Assembly: GCA_049601915.1 (NCBI GenBank)
Contig: JBMYRB010000002.1
Coordinates: 410,648 to 474,647, forward strand
DNA length: 64,000 nucleotides
Source: Alphaproteobacteria bacterium
Lineage (GTDB): Bacteria; Pseudomonadota; Alphaproteobacteria; UBA6615
Direction of reading: 5' to 3'
The translations under genes were made by a program, and so were the position numbers. Numbering within the stretch: position 1 is the stretch's first letter; every line of letters begins with the position of its first letter. The notes beneath the pieces are model-generated. The model was not told the DNA's origin. It was given only the letters and a program-made list of their open reading frames with translations, and ran no database searches. Shown one piece after another: positions 38,441 to 48,674 of the stretch.

Positions 38441-39174
38441 GCAAGGCGCTTGTTACGGGTGCGTCCACCGGCCTGGGCTTAGAAACAGCGCTCACCCTGG
38501 CCCGTGCGGGCTATGATGTGGCTTTGGCGGACCGCGAGATCGGGCTCCTCGACGAGGTGATGGGGCACCCGGATCTGGCCGATGTGACGGCCATGGCGGT
38601 GGAACTGGAGCTGATGTCTGAGACGAGCATCCGAGACGGGATGGCGGCGGCGATCGAGGGCCTCGGCGGGCTCGATACGCTGGTCAACAACGCCGGCCGC
38701 ACGCTGCTCCAGAAGGTGGTGGACGTCACCTGGGAGGAGTGGGATTCGGTCATCGGCATCAATCTCAAGGGCGCCTATTTCGCCGCGGCGCGCCTGGCCG
38801 AACATTGTATCGCCGAGGGAAAGCCGGGCTCCGTGACCAATATCGCCTCCACCCATGGCCTGACGGGTCTGGCCGGGCGCTCGGTCTACGGCATCTCCAA
38901 GGGGGGTCTGATCCAGATGGCGCGCATGCTGGCCATCGAGTGGGCCGATGCGGGCATCCGCGTGAACGCCGTGGCGCCGGGGACCGTGCTGACGGAATCC
39001 CGCCAGAAGCTCCTCGAGGATGCGGAGCTGCGCGCGCGCATGCAGGCGCGCATTCCCACCGGGAATTTTCCCGAGGCGCAGGAAATCGCGAATGCGGTCC
39101 TGTTTCTCGCGAGCGCCGGCCCGTCTCTGACCGGCCAGGTGATCGCGGTCGATGGCGGTCTGACCGCCGAATAG
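38437..39174 (+). CDS. SDR family NAD(P)-dependent oxidoreductase
   Basis: TGASTGLG cofactor motif, NNAG motif and YxxxK catalytic pair. Start at 38437 overlaps the upstream stop (ATGA). Confidence 0.85.
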   Translation: MSKALVTGASTGLGLETALTLARAGYDVALADREIGLLDEVMGHPDLADVTAMAVELELMSETSIRDGMAAAIEGLGGLDTLVNNAGRTLLQKVVDVTWEEWDSVIGINLKGAYFAAARLAEHCIAEGKPGSVTNIASTHGLTGLAGRSVYGISKGGLIQMARMLAIEWADAGIRVNAVAPGTVLTESRQKLLEDAELRARMQARIPTGNFPEAQEIANAVLFLASAGPSLTGQVIAVDGGLTAE

Positions 39175-39184
39175 CGCCTTCCGC

Positions 39185-39880
39185 CTATTCCTCGCCGAGA
39201 ACGGCGACCGCGCGGATCGGGCTGCCGGTACCGCCGCGAATCTTCAGCGGGAAGCCGATAAACCGGAATCGCCCCTTCCCCACGACCTTGTCGAGGTTGG
39301 TAAGTCCTTCCATATGGGTGAAGCCCATATCGCGGCAGACCAGATGCACCTCGAAATTATCCTTGCCCGGGCGGCCGGGGCTCACGGCCTCGACGCCGAA
39401 CATAACGATGCCCTTGGCACCCAGCCATTCGGCGGATTCTTTCGTCAGGCCCGGGAAATCCGTGAGGAACTCGGGCGTACCGAAGGTCCGGTCGTAATGC
39501 GCCATGTAGAGGAACACCGTATCGCGCGGCTGGATTTCCACGCCGGCGGCTTTCTCCGCGGCTTCGAGTTCTTCCACGGAAATCCGGCTCTTGAGCTCCT
39601 TGTGGGAGAGATCGAGGCAAACGGCCTCGGTGTAGAAATCCTCGAGCGGCATCTGATCGACGGAAAGTGCGTTCGGGTCGGCGTCGAAATGCACCGGCGC
39701 GTCGACATGGCTTCCCGTGTGCTCGCCGAAGGACATGAACTTGGACGCGATGGAGAATTTGACCCCCTCGGCTTCGCGAAAGGTGTCATGGGTGTTCCAG
39801 TCGGTGATGACCGCCGGCGGGTGGTTCGCTAGGGTCGGGCATTTGTGGAATATCTCGCCGCTCAGATCGATCAGTTGCAT
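39185..39880 (-). CDS. Cyclase family protein (kynurenine formamidase-like)
   Basis: 231 aa with the HxGxHxD motif (GEHTGSHVDAPVHF) typical of the putative-cyclase/arylformamidase fold. Confidence 0.75.
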   Translation of the reverse strand: MQLIDLSGEIFHKCPTLANHPPAVITDWNTHDTFREAEGVKFSIASKFMSFGEHTGSHVDAPVHFDADPNALSVDQMPLEDFYTEAVCLDLSHKELKSRISVEELEAAEKAAGVEIQPRDTVFLYMAHYDRTFGTPEFLTDFPGLTKESAEWLGAKGIVMFGVEAVSPGRPGKDNFEVHLVCRDMGFTHMEGLTNLDKVVGKGRFRFIGFPLKIRGGTGSPIRAVAVLGEE

Positions 39881-39917
39881 TTTTTGTTCTCCCCCAGAAA
39901 CCCCTTACAGGGTTCAA

Positions 39918-40361
39918 TCAGTTCTCATTTTCGTAGGTCTCGACGCCACCGAGGTCGGACAGATCTTCCTCACGGCCGCGCAGTTCGATGGTGTTGCGAT
40001 CCGGGTCGCGCAGGAAGACGGACACATGTCCGCCGCGTCCGAATTTCACCGGCCCTTGCGTGATCTCGATATCGTTGTCGTTCAGAAGCCGGATGCTGTC
40101 GGCAATAGATTCCACACGGAACGCCACATGGGTGATCCCGGGATACTTCGTGTCCACGTCCATCAGGATGTTGTCACCACCATTGTCGTCATTGGCGTTG
40201 AAGACGAGGTTCAGCTCAACCTCGGAATCGTTCATGACCACGGCGACGGGATCATTTCCCGCTTTCCCGATAACCTTGAATCCGAAAAGCGCATAGAACG
40301 CCAAGGCGCGGTCCAGGTTGGCAACGCGGATGCCGATATGATCTATGGTCTCGATTTTCAT
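39918..40361 (-). CDS. VOC family protein (glyoxalase/bleomycin-resistance/dioxygenase fold)
   Basis: 147 aa with IDHIGIRVANLDRALAFY and GITHVAFRV repeats of the beta-alpha-beta-beta-beta module. Confidence 0.8.
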   Translation of the reverse strand: MKIETIDHIGIRVANLDRALAFYALFGFKVIGKAGNDPVAVVMNDSEVELNLVFNANDDNGGDNILMDVDTKYPGITHVAFRVESIADSIRLLNDNDIEITQGPVKFGRGGHVSVFLRDPDRNTIELRGREEDLSDLGGVETYENEN

Positions 40362-40433
40362 AGGTTTGTCTCTCCGGCGGTGGTGCGGTCCGAGTTTAGG
40401 GATCCGGCGCGCATTGGCAATGATTGGTCGGGA

Positions 40434-41360
40434 TTAGGTGAAGATCGCCATCATCGCCGGGATCGTCAGGATCGCAATCAGGGTGTGGGTCGTGAGAATC
40501 GCGGCCATCAATTCGTGATTGCCCCCCATCTGGCGGGCCAGCACGTAGGACGAGGTCGATGTCGGCTGGCTGTGGAACAGTACGAGCATCGCCAGCACCG
40601 ATACCTCGAGGCCGAGCAACATGCCCAGCCCCAGTGCTACCAGGGGGGTCGCCACCAGGCGCATCAGGCTCGATATGAGTATCCCCGGCAGATGCGCACC
40701 TATCGAGACGAGGCGGAGACCCGAGCCTGCGGTCAGTAGCGCCAGCGGCACGCCGGCCCCCGCCAGCGTGGCGAGCGTGGAATCCGCGACCTGCGGGATC
40801 GGCGGATCGAGGAGATTGATCGCGATTCCCAGCGCGGTAGCGACAATGAAGGGGTTGGTAAGAAGGCGTTTGGTCAGCGCTCCCAGGTTGGCTTCACCCT
40901 GTGTGCCCCAGCGCGCGAGCACCAGCACGCTCAGGAAGTTGACGGTTACGGTGAAGAAAGCGACGGCGACGATAACCAGTGCCGCGCCGTCCGCCGGCAG
41001 CAATACCGGTGCAGTACCCAGGATGATGAAGAAGTTAGCCCGCACGGAACCCTGGAACACCGATGTGAAGCTGGCGTCGTGATCCACCAGAATACGCGAC
41101 AACAGGGGGCGAAGAAGGATCAGTGCCGTGGCCACAATCAGGATCGCGCCGATCAATGCGATGGCCATGCGCGCGAATGGCAGGCTGCCCAGATTGGCCT
41201 GGTAGAGGTCGTGAATTACCAGCGCCGGAATGGCCAGGTAGTAGGCGAGCTTCTCGATTGGCCGCCACATCGCGTCGTCGGGCAGCCAGAGCGCCTTGAC
41301 GGCCCAACCGATGGCGATGAGCAGGAATACGGGCGCGAGCGCGAGAAATGTTGCAACCAT
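40434..41360 (-). CDS. AEC family transporter (auxin efflux carrier family)
   Basis: 308 aa with about 10 TM segments, the characteristic AEC N-terminus and an internal hydrophilic loop. Confidence 0.8.
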   Translation of the reverse strand: MVATFLALAPVFLLIAIGWAVKALWLPDDAMWRPIEKLAYYLAIPALVIHDLYQANLGSLPFARMAIALIGAILIVATALILLRPLLSRILVDHDASFTSVFQGSVRANFFIILGTAPVLLPADGAALVIVAVAFFTVTVNFLSVLVLARWGTQGEANLGALTKRLLTNPFIVATALGIAINLLDPPIPQVADSTLATLAGAGVPLALLTAGSGLRLVSIGAHLPGILISSLMRLVATPLVALGLGMLLGLEVSVLAMLVLFHSQPTSTSSYVLARQMGGNHELMAAILTTHTLIAILTIPAMMAIFT

Positions 41361-41400
41361 GGGAAGGCCGATGGTGTTCGGGCCGGGCCGAACGCGGTTG

Positions 41401-42168
41401 TCAGTGGCTCAGGATCTGGCTCAGGAAAAGTTTGGTCCGTTCCGACTGGGGATTGTTGAAGAACTCGTCGGGGTTGTTCTGCTCCACGATCTGCCCTTCG
41501 TCCATGAAAATCACCCGGTCTGCGACCCGGGAGGCGAAGCCCATCTCATGGGTCACGACCAGCATGGTCATACCGGTGTCCGCAAGATCGACCATCACGT
41601 CGAGCACTTCCTTGATCATCTCCGGGTCCAGCGCGGAGGTCGGCTCATCGAAGAGCATGATCTTGGGCTTCATGCAGAGCGAACGCGCGATGGCAACACG
41701 CTGCTGCTGACCGCCCGAGAGCTGACCGGGGAACTTGTCGGCCTGCTCGGGGATTTTCACCCGCTCGAGATATTCCATCGCCACCGCTTCGGCCTCGGCC
41801 TTCGGTGTCTTGCGGACCCAGATCGGCGCCAACGTGCAGTTTTCCAGCACCGTCAGGTGGGGAAACAGGTTGAACGACTGGAATACCATGCCGACTTCAC
41901 GGCGTACCGCATCGATATTCTTGAGATCGTTGGTCAGGCGGGTGCCGTCGACCACGATGGAGCCTTCCTGATGTTCTTCAAGCCGGTTGATGCAACGGAT
42001 CAGGGTGGACTTGCCGCTGCCTGACGGACCGCAGATCACAATGCGTTCGCGCTCGGCGACGCTCAGGTTGATATCGCGCAGCACATGGAACGATCCGTAC
42101 CATTTGTTGAGCCCGTCGATTTCGATGGTGGCGCCGTCGGCGGATGCTTGAGCTTCGGTTGTGGACAT
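41401..42168 (-). CDS. aapP: Amino acid ABC transporter ATP-binding protein
   Basis: Walker [10 protein letters not shown], signature LSGGQQQR, Walker [13 protein letters not shown]. Polar amino acid uptake family. Confidence 0.85.
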   Translation of the reverse strand: MSTTEAQASADGATIEIDGLNKWYGSFHVLRDINLSVAERERIVICGPSGSGKSTLIRCINRLEEHQEGSIVVDGTRLTNDLKNIDAVRREVGMVFQSFNLFPHLTVLENCTLAPIWVRKTPKAEAEAVAMEYLERVKIPEQADKFPGQLSGGQQQRVAIARSLCMKPKIMLFDEPTSALDPEMIKEVLDVMVDLADTGMTMLVVTHEMGFASRVADRVIFMDEGQIVEQNNPDEFFNNPQSERTKLFLSQILSH

Positions 42169-42180
42169 ATCGTCCTCCGG

Positions 42181-43293
42181 TCAGCGTTTGTCAGTGTCGA
42201 GCCGCCGTTCCAGGCGGATCGAGTATCGCGATATCGAAAAACAGATCACGAAGAAGAACAGGGCGGCGAGCAAAAAGGTTTCGTGATCGACCTTGCCGAT
42301 CCAGTCCGGGTTGGTCTGCAACAGGCGTGCCTGGCCGAGAATATCGAACAGGCCGATGATGATGACGAGCGTCGTGTCCTTGAACAGGCCAATGAAGGTG
42401 TTGACGATACCCGGGATCGAGATTTTCAGTGCCTGGGGCAGGATGATCAGCCGCATCGATTGCCAGTACCCGAGACCCATGGCTTGCGCCGCCTCATACT
42501 GGCCCTTGGGGATCGCCTGGAGGCCGCCACGGATCACCTCGGCCATGTAGGCCGATGCGAACAACGTGATCATGATCATCACGCGGACGAGCTGGTCGAG
42601 CGACACCTCCGGCGGCAAGAATAGCTGCAGGATCACGATGGCGACGAACAACAGGGTGATGAGGGGCACGCCACGGATGAATTCTATGAATCCGACAGAT
42701 AAATAGCGAACGATCGGAAGCTTTGACCGGCGGCCGAGTGCCAGCATGACGCCGATGGGCAGGGACAGAACGATCCCCGCGAGGCCGGCCACCAGATTGA
42801 GCATGAAGCCGCCAAATTTGTCGGTGGTCACGCCTTCGAGCCCGAAGCCGCCCACCAGCAGGATCGCGGCGATGATCGGATAGGCCAACGAGAACCAGCG
42901 CCCGTAGCGCACATACGGAAGTCCGTCGAACAAAATGAACGCGAGTGCCGGAAACAGCAGGGCGATGCTGAGATTGACGCGCCAATAGGATTCTTGCGGA
43001 TAGAAGCCATACAGGAACTGGTCGATGCGCTGGTCGAGCCATGCCCAGCAAGCGCCCTGGGCGGTACATTCGCTGCCGGTAGCACCGGTGAAGTCCGCCG
43101 AGAAAAACGCCCAGTCGACCAGCGGCGGCAGCGTCCAGTAGAGCAGCAGCAGCGACAGCAGCGTGAGCAGGATGTTGATTGGGCCGCCAAACAGATTCGC
43201 GCGTACCCAGCCGATCACGCCGACCGTTGACGTCGGGGGCGGACGCTCATCAAGCATTTCCGAATGGTTTCGATGGAAGGCTTGTTCGCTCAT
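42181..43293 (-). CDS. aapM: General L-amino acid ABC transporter permease
   Basis: 370 aa permease with a HisM/AapM-like long N-terminal extension and the conserved EAA loop region. Confidence 0.8.
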   Translation of the reverse strand: MSEQAFHRNHSEMLDERPPPTSTVGVIGWVRANLFGGPINILLTLLSLLLLYWTLPPLVDWAFFSADFTGATGSECTAQGACWAWLDQRIDQFLYGFYPQESYWRVNLSIALLFPALAFILFDGLPYVRYGRWFSLAYPIIAAILLVGGFGLEGVTTDKFGGFMLNLVAGLAGIVLSLPIGVMLALGRRSKLPIVRYLSVGFIEFIRGVPLITLLFVAIVILQLFLPPEVSLDQLVRVMIMITLFASAYMAEVIRGGLQAIPKGQYEAAQAMGLGYWQSMRLIILPQALKISIPGIVNTFIGLFKDTTLVIIIGLFDILGQARLLQTNPDWIGKVDHETFLLAALFFFVICFSISRYSIRLERRLDTDKR

Positions 43294-44480
43294 CGTTCCA
43301 CCAGCGCGATGTGTTTATTGTACCAGTTCATGAAGGCCGATGTGAGCAGACTGATCGTCAGATAGAAGGCCATGAAGATCGAGATCACCTCGAGTGCCTG
43401 GCCGCTCTGGTTCAGGACGGTGTCGCCAATCGAGACGATGTCCTGGTAGCCGATTGCCACCGCCAGAGAGGAGTTCTTGGTCAGGTTCAGATACTGGCTC
43501 GTCAGCGGCGGGATGATCACCCGCAGTGCCTGCGGCAGGACGATCTTGCGAGTCGTCAGGCCGGGGCGCAGGCCGAGCGCGTGCGCGGCCTCGGTCTGTC
43601 CCTTGGAGACCGACAGGATTCCCGCGCGCACAATCTCTGAAATGAACGCGCCGGTGTAGGTCGCGAGTGCGAGCCAAAGGGCTACAAGTTCAGGCGTTAT
43701 GGTGAGGCCGCCGCGCAAGCGGCCGAACCGGTTTGCGACGGGAAAGTTCCAGTCTAGGGGCTGCCCGGCGGCGAAGAAGACGACAATCGGCAGTCCGAAG
43801 ATGAGCGCCAGTCCCGCCGATGCGACCGGGAAGGTTTGGCCTGTTTCTTCCTGTCGCGCGCGCGCCCAGCGCGCCATCGCGAACGTGCCGATTAATCCGA
43901 CGGCGATTGCCATGAGCACGTATCCCCACCCTTCAAGAAAGATCGGTGCGGGGGTGGAAATACCACTGTTGTTCAGGAATATGGAATCACCGATATGCAG
44001 GCTGTCTCTGACCTTTGGCAGGGCGAGAAGGATGACCCACCAGAAAATTATCTGCAGCAGGACCGGAACATTGCGGGTGAATTCGACATAGACCGTAATG
44101 AGGCGGCTGATCAGGAAATTGTTCGACAGGCGCAGGACGCCGGCAGTGAAGCCGATGATCGTTGCCGTGACGATGCCGAGTGCGGCGACAAGGATGGTGT
44201 TGAGCCCACCCACGACGATCGCGCGGCCATAGGTCGAGGTCGATGCGTACTCGATAAGTCGCTGGTTGATGTCGAACGACGCCGTGTCGTCGAGAAAACC
44301 GTAACCGGCGGCGAGGCCGGCGCTCTGCAGATTGGCAATCGTGTTCGAGACGATGAACGCGATGAATAGGAGAAGTCCGAGAGCGAGCGCCAGTTGCAGG
44401 ATGATGCCGCGCGCATACTCGTCGCGCCAAAGGCGGCTGATGCCCGTCGATTCGTCGGCGGTGGCCGAAGTCTGGGTCAT
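43290..44480 (-). CDS. aapQ: General L-amino acid ABC transporter permease
   Basis: 396 aa permease overlapping aapM by 4 nt. AapQ-like. Confidence 0.8.
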   Translation of the reverse strand: MTQTSATADESTGISRLWRDEYARGIILQLALALGLLLFIAFIVSNTIANLQSAGLAAGYGFLDDTASFDINQRLIEYASTSTYGRAIVVGGLNTILVAALGIVTATIIGFTAGVLRLSNNFLISRLITVYVEFTRNVPVLLQIIFWWVILLALPKVRDSLHIGDSIFLNNSGISTPAPIFLEGWGYVLMAIAVGLIGTFAMARWARARQEETGQTFPVASAGLALIFGLPIVVFFAAGQPLDWNFPVANRFGRLRGGLTITPELVALWLALATYTGAFISEIVRAGILSVSKGQTEAAHALGLRPGLTTRKIVLPQALRVIIPPLTSQYLNLTKNSSLAVAIGYQDIVSIGDTVLNQSGQALEVISIFMAFYLTISLLTSAFMNWYNKHIALVER

Positions 44481-44558
44481 GTTCGGAATGTCAGAGGACT
44501 GTTTGCGAAATTAGGACCGCCCGGCGATTGCGCCGGGCGGTCTCTACTTCAAACCTGG

Positions 44559-45590
44559 TTAGCGGATGGGCGGCGAGTAGAGGATGCCGCCGTTGGTCCA
44601 CAGGGCATTTATGCCTCGTGCGAGCCCGAGTGCCGTGTTCGGCCCAAGATACTCTTCGAATATCTCACCATAGTTGCCGCCCGCGGCGATCGCGTTGACG
44701 GCCCAGTCTTTGCTGAGGCCGAGCATCTCACCCGTGGAGCCCTCGGCGCCGAGCATCCGGTTAATCTCCGGATTGTCGGTGCCCTTCGCCAGCTCGGCGA
44801 CATTCGCCTTGGTGACGCCAAGTTCCTCGGCGGAAATCAGCGCGTTCAGCGTCCAGCGTGCAATGTCGGCCCACTGGTCGTCGCCCTGGCGGACTAGCGG
44901 CCCGAGCGGTTCCTTGGAGATGATCTCAGGGAAGACCATGTGGTTCTGCGCGTCATCAAACGTTGCCTTCGTCGCGGCGAGGCCCGATGCGTCTGTCGTG
45001 TAGACATCGCAACGCTCCGCTAAATAGGCGGCACGCGCCTCGGCGTTCGTCTCGATCGGCACCGGCTCATACTTGATGCTGTTGTCGCGTGCGAAATCGG
45101 CGAGGTTCAGCTCGGTCGTCGTACCGGTCTGGATGCAGATCGAGGCGCCGTCAAGTTCCGTGGCGCTCTTGATGCCGAGTGCCGTGCGGCCGATGAAGCC
45201 CTGGCCGTCATAGTAGTTCACGCCGACGAAGGTGAAGCCCAGATCGACGTCACGCGACAGCGTCCAGGTCGTGTTGCGCGACAGCACGTCGATTTCACCC
45301 GAGGCGAGCGCAGGGAAGCGCTGCTTGCCGGTCAGGCTGACATATTTGACTTTGCTGGGGTCGCCGAGCACCGCGCCCGCGAGCGCCTTGCAGTAGGCGA
45401 CGTCGAAGCCCTGCCAGTTACCCTTGTCGTCGGTGAAGGCAAAACCGGGAAGGCCGGTATTCATGCCGCAGTTCAGAACGCCCGCTGCGCGGACGTCTTC
45501 GAGTGTGCCGGCATATGCCGTGTTCGCATTGCTGCCAATCGCCATGAGGCCGGCGACGGCGACAACGCCTGTCAGTAGTTTTATTTTCAT
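44559..45590 (-). CDS. aapJ: General L-amino acid ABC transporter substrate-binding protein
   Basis: The mature product starts MKIKLLTGVVAVAGLMAIGSNANTAYA (signal peptide). Family 3 binding-protein fold. Start placed at the ATG 45588-45590, which has AGGAGA upstream. The track's longer N-terminus is probably artefactual. Confidence 0.8.
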   Translation of the reverse strand: MKIKLLTGVVAVAGLMAIGSNANTAYAGTLEDVRAAGVLNCGMNTGLPGFAFTDDKGNWQGFDVAYCKALAGAVLGDPSKVKYVSLTGKQRFPALASGEIDVLSRNTTWTLSRDVDLGFTFVGVNYYDGQGFIGRTALGIKSATELDGASICIQTGTTTELNLADFARDNSIKYEPVPIETNAEARAAYLAERCDVYTTDASGLAATKATFDDAQNHMVFPEIISKEPLGPLVRQGDDQWADIARWTLNALISAEELGVTKANVAELAKGTDNPEINRMLGAEGSTGEMLGLSKDWAVNAIAAGGNYGEIFEEYLGPNTALGLARGINALWTNGGILYSPPIR

Positions 45591-45736
45591 CTTGATTCTC
45601 CTAGTTGAATGTCCGTGTAAGGATTTCCCCCCGCAAGGCGGTTCCTTCTTTTTTCGTTGTCCTGATCTTGCCTTTATCGGAAGCCCTGCGACAACAGGGT
45701 TATCAAAAAATTGATCTCGTCCATTAGTCGGATGCA

Positions 45737-46532
45737 TTGTTCCGCAATGGTTTTTTATCTAGATTTTTGGGGCGTTGGTCCGCTCGGCGCATCCGTGCGT
45801 ACGTTTTCTGCATTGGATTGACCGCTTGTGCGGCATCCCCGCAGAAACCAGCACGCGTGCCGGCGAACGACGCCGAACCTGTCACGATAGTTGCGTTCGG
45901 CGACATGCCGTATCGCGCTGTGGATTTTCCGGCCTTTGAGCAATTACTGCGCCGCATCAGCACCGAGGCGCCCGATGTCACCATCCATGTTGGCGACATC
46001 AAAGGGGGTGGGCCGTGTGACGAGGCGATTTACCTGCGCCAGCGCGACTATATGAACAGTGTGGCGGGTCCGCTGATCTATACCCCCGGAGACAATGAGT
46101 GGGCCGACTGCCACCGACCTGGATGGGGCGACTAACGACCCGCGTGAACGTCTGTCGGTCCTGCGCGAACTGTTCTTTGCAACGCCGTCGAGCCTGGGGC
46201 GTGATCCGATCACGCTCGAGCGCCAGTCGGACACGACCCCGGCCCACGAGACCATGGCCGATAATGCGCGCTGGCGCGTTGGTGATGTGTTGTTCGGGAC
46301 GACTCACGTGGTCGGATCGAATAACGGGCGCCGGTCTGGGGATGCCGCTGCGATTGCGGAATATAAACAGCGCGACGCGGCCAACATCGAATGGATTGAT
46401 GAACTTTTCGAAACCGCGCGGGCCACGCGAGCCAGCGCGGTGGTGCTGGCGTTTCAGGCCGACCCCTATCAACTCTGCGGGTTGGGCGGGGGCTTTCTTA
46501 CAACCCTGGCCGCCATAACCCGGCGCGCTTGA
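45737..46532 (+). pseudogene. Lipoprotein metallophosphoesterase (calcineurin-like) disrupted by a frameshift near 46105-46125
   Basis: Track ORF 45737..46135 has a signal/lipobox (GLTAC) followed by AFGDMPY...IHVGD...YTPGDNEWADCHR and then stops. The rest (NDPRERLSVLRELFFA...GTTHVVGSN) lies in another frame (track ORF 46095..46532). Homologs read GDNEW.DCHR...DPLERL continuously. The shift coincides with a GGGG run. Confidence 0.55.
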
Positions 46533-46611
46533 TATTCGCGCGGTTCGGATACGGATCAACCCGGGTGCGGCGAAGTTGTTCGACGTCGAGGTTTTCTAGT
46601 CGGGCTTGGGA

Positions 46612-47589
46612 CTAGTTGACCCGGGGCTTTTTGAGAAAGTTCGACCGTGCCGCACTTTCGACATTGACCGAGACGACCTGGCTGTCCCGGTGCAGGGTGA
46701 GCGGCACCATCACGCCGGCGTCACCCAGCGACCAAATCTTGCGGAACAGGGTCGAGAGCCCCGAGATATCCTCGCCGTCGACACCCAGCACCATATCACC
46801 CGGCTCGACCCCGGCGCGCATGGCGGGCCCGCCTTCGGCGATTCCGGCGACGACCAGATGGTTCTCGGCCTCCGCCGTCGTCATTCCCAGCCAGGGCCGC
46901 GCGGCCCGGCGTCGGCCGCCATGCTCAATAATCTCGCGGAGGATCGGCTTCAGCAGGTCGATGGGCACGATCATGTTTCCATCGATCTCGTCGTCGTCGC
47001 CGGCGGCCTGCTGGATATAGAGTGACCCGATCCCGGAGAGATGGCCCGCCTGATTGATCACGGCCGCCCCGCTCCAGCGCGGATGCGCGGGCACCGTAAA
47101 AATGGCGCTGTCGAGCACATACTCCCAGGACCCGGCGAATTCGCGGACCGAAATCACCCGCGTATTGATGGCGGCCTCGCGTCCGCCCTGTCCGGCCACG
47201 ATCAGCGAGTCGCCGGTGGAGATCTCGGTGGCATCGCCCAGCGGCATCGCCGGCAGATTCAGCACGCCCAGCGCCTGCACGAGGCCGAAACCGGTTTCCT
47301 GATCATAGCCGACGACGTGGGCGGCATGGGCGCCGCCATGATTGTCGATCAACCAGACATCCTCGGCTTCCGTGACCAGATACCCGATGGTCAAGACCAT
47401 GCCGTCATCGCTAATGACAACGCCCTGGCCTTCCCGCTCGGTTCCGAGGATCGGCGCCGTAAACGCGTCGTCGGGCACGCGCGACTGTAGTGCCACGACC
47501 GATGAGAGCGTGCGCTCCAGGTCGAAGGACACTTCGTCGGGTTTCGGATGTCGTCCGAGGTTCAGGTTCCAAGGGTGCGATTCACTCAC
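46612..47589 (-). CDS. S1C family serine protease (trypsin-like domain plus C-terminal PDZ)
   Basis: 325 aa with a catalytic triad context (GDSGGP-like RWSGAAVIN) and a C-terminal PDZ (WLGMTTAEAENHLVVAGIAEGGPAMRAGVEPGDMVLGVDGE). Confidence 0.7.
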   Translation of the reverse strand: MSESHPWNLNLGRHPKPDEVSFDLERTLSSVVALQSRVPDDAFTAPILGTEREGQGVVISDDGMVLTIGYLVTEAEDVWLIDNHGGAHAAHVVGYDQETGFGLVQALGVLNLPAMPLGDATEISTGDSLIVAGQGGREAAINTRVISVREFAGSWEYVLDSAIFTVPAHPRWSGAAVINQAGHLSGIGSLYIQQAAGDDDEIDGNMIVPIDLLKPILREIIEHGGRRRAARPWLGMTTAEAENHLVVAGIAEGGPAMRAGVEPGDMVLGVDGEDISGLSTLFRKIWSLGDAGVMVPLTLHRDSQVVSVNVESAARSNFLKKPRVN

Positions 47590-47770
47590 GCCTTGCGCTC
47601 CGGTTGCTGGTGCTTACGCGACATAGCGCATGAGCCGATGGGTGGTGTTAGTGACCTTCGGCCCCCACAGTCAAGTATCGGAGGTCGGTCGCCGATTCGG
47701 AATATCGCGCTTTTCCCACACGCGACCTATAATCGGTCGCTCCACATTTCGTTCATGATAGATTCCCTAA

Positions 47771-48352
47771 ATGACCGCTCAGCCCGATCATATTCACGCC
47801 ATCGACCTGCGGATTCCCGGCGCCGAGGAACTGGACGAGGATCTGCGGAAATATTTCGCCGTTTGCCAGGACAAGCTCGGCATGGTGCCGAATGTGTTGC
47901 AGAGTTATGCGGTGGTGCCCGAGCGTCTGCGTGCCTTCATCGCCATGTATAACGAGTTGATGCTTTCGGAAATGGGCCTCAGCAGGCTCGAGCGCGAGAT
48001 GATCGCGACCGTCGTCTCGTCGGAGAACAAATGCTTCTACTGCGTGGTGGCCCATGGTGCCGGCGTGCGCGAGCTGTCGGGCGATCCCGCGCTGGGAGAG
48101 CTGATGGCCATCAATTACCGTGCGGCGGACATCTCCGGTCGTCAGCGCGCGATGCTGGATTTCGCGGTGAAGATGACCCGCGCTCCCGCCGAGGTGGAGG
48201 AAGCCGATCGTCAGGCCTTGCGCGATGCAGGTTTCGACGAGCGCGATATCCTCGATATCGCCAACATTGCGGCCTTCTTCAACATGACCAACCGGGTCTC
48301 GACGGCGCTGGACCGGATGCCCAACCCGGAATATCACGCCAAGGCGCGCTGA
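47771..48352 (+). CDS. Carboxymuconolactone decarboxylase family protein (peroxidase-related enzyme subfamily)
   Basis: 193 aa with an AhpD-like core including ENKCFYCVVAHG (Cys/His redox motif). Confidence 0.75.
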   Translation: MTAQPDHIHAIDLRIPGAEELDEDLRKYFAVCQDKLGMVPNVLQSYAVVPERLRAFIAMYNELMLSEMGLSRLEREMIATVVSSENKCFYCVVAHGAGVRELSGDPALGELMAINYRAADISGRQRAMLDFAVKMTRAPAEVEEADRQALRDAGFDERDILDIANIAAFFNMTNRVSTALDRMPNPEYHAKAR

Positions 48353-48368
48353 ATACCCACTCAGGCCG

Positions 48369-48397
48369 TTGACATGGTGCTGCCGCGCGGCTAGTTT
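48369..48397 (+). promoter_or_regulatory. Sigma70-type promoter for rpmJ
   Basis: TTGACA (48369-48374) - 17 nt - TAGTTT (48392-48397), about 50 nt upstream of the rpmJ ATG. Confidence 0.4.
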
Positions 48398-48448
48398 CCG
48401 CGCGTTTCCGCTATCTGGGGCGGGATTTTTATATTTGGGAGCGGTCAG

Positions 48449-48574
48449 ATGAAGGTCGCAAGTTCGCTGAAGACACTCAAGAAGCGCGGTCGCGGCTGCC
48501 AGGTCGTACGCCGGCGTGGACGCATCTACGTGATCAACAAGCGTAACCCCCGCTTCAAGGCGCGTCAGGGCTGA
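48449..48574 (+). CDS. rpmJ: 50S ribosomal protein L36 (zinc-ribbon-less YkgO/type B form)
   Basis: 41-aa ORF, below the 60-aa track cutoff: [41 protein letters not shown]. It matches the L36 paralog pattern MKV.SSLK......C.VVRR.GR.YVI.K.NPRFKA.QG. Has its own promoter and terminator. Confidence 0.85.
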   Translation: MKVASSLKTLKKRGRGCQVVRRRGRIYVINKRNPRFKARQG

Positions 48575-48604
48575 GCGCGCACGCGAAATGAAGTGATGAG
48601 AAAG

Positions 48605-48627
48605 CCGCGCGTTTTGCGCGGTTTTTT
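48605..48627 (+). terminator. Rho-independent terminator downstream of rpmJ
   Basis: CCGCGC-GTTTT-GCGCGG stem-loop followed by TTTTTT, 30 nt after the rpmJ stop. Confidence 0.5.
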
Positions 48628-48674
48628 GTTGCCCGCCGCCCGCTATACTCCGGTCAGCGTTTTGGAGATGCCCC

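Noticed and set aside
46597-46617. Inverted repeat CTAGTC-N9-GACTAG overlapping the S1C protease stop codon
   Set aside because: Short, AT-poor and without a flanking U-tract. Probably a coincidental palindrome.
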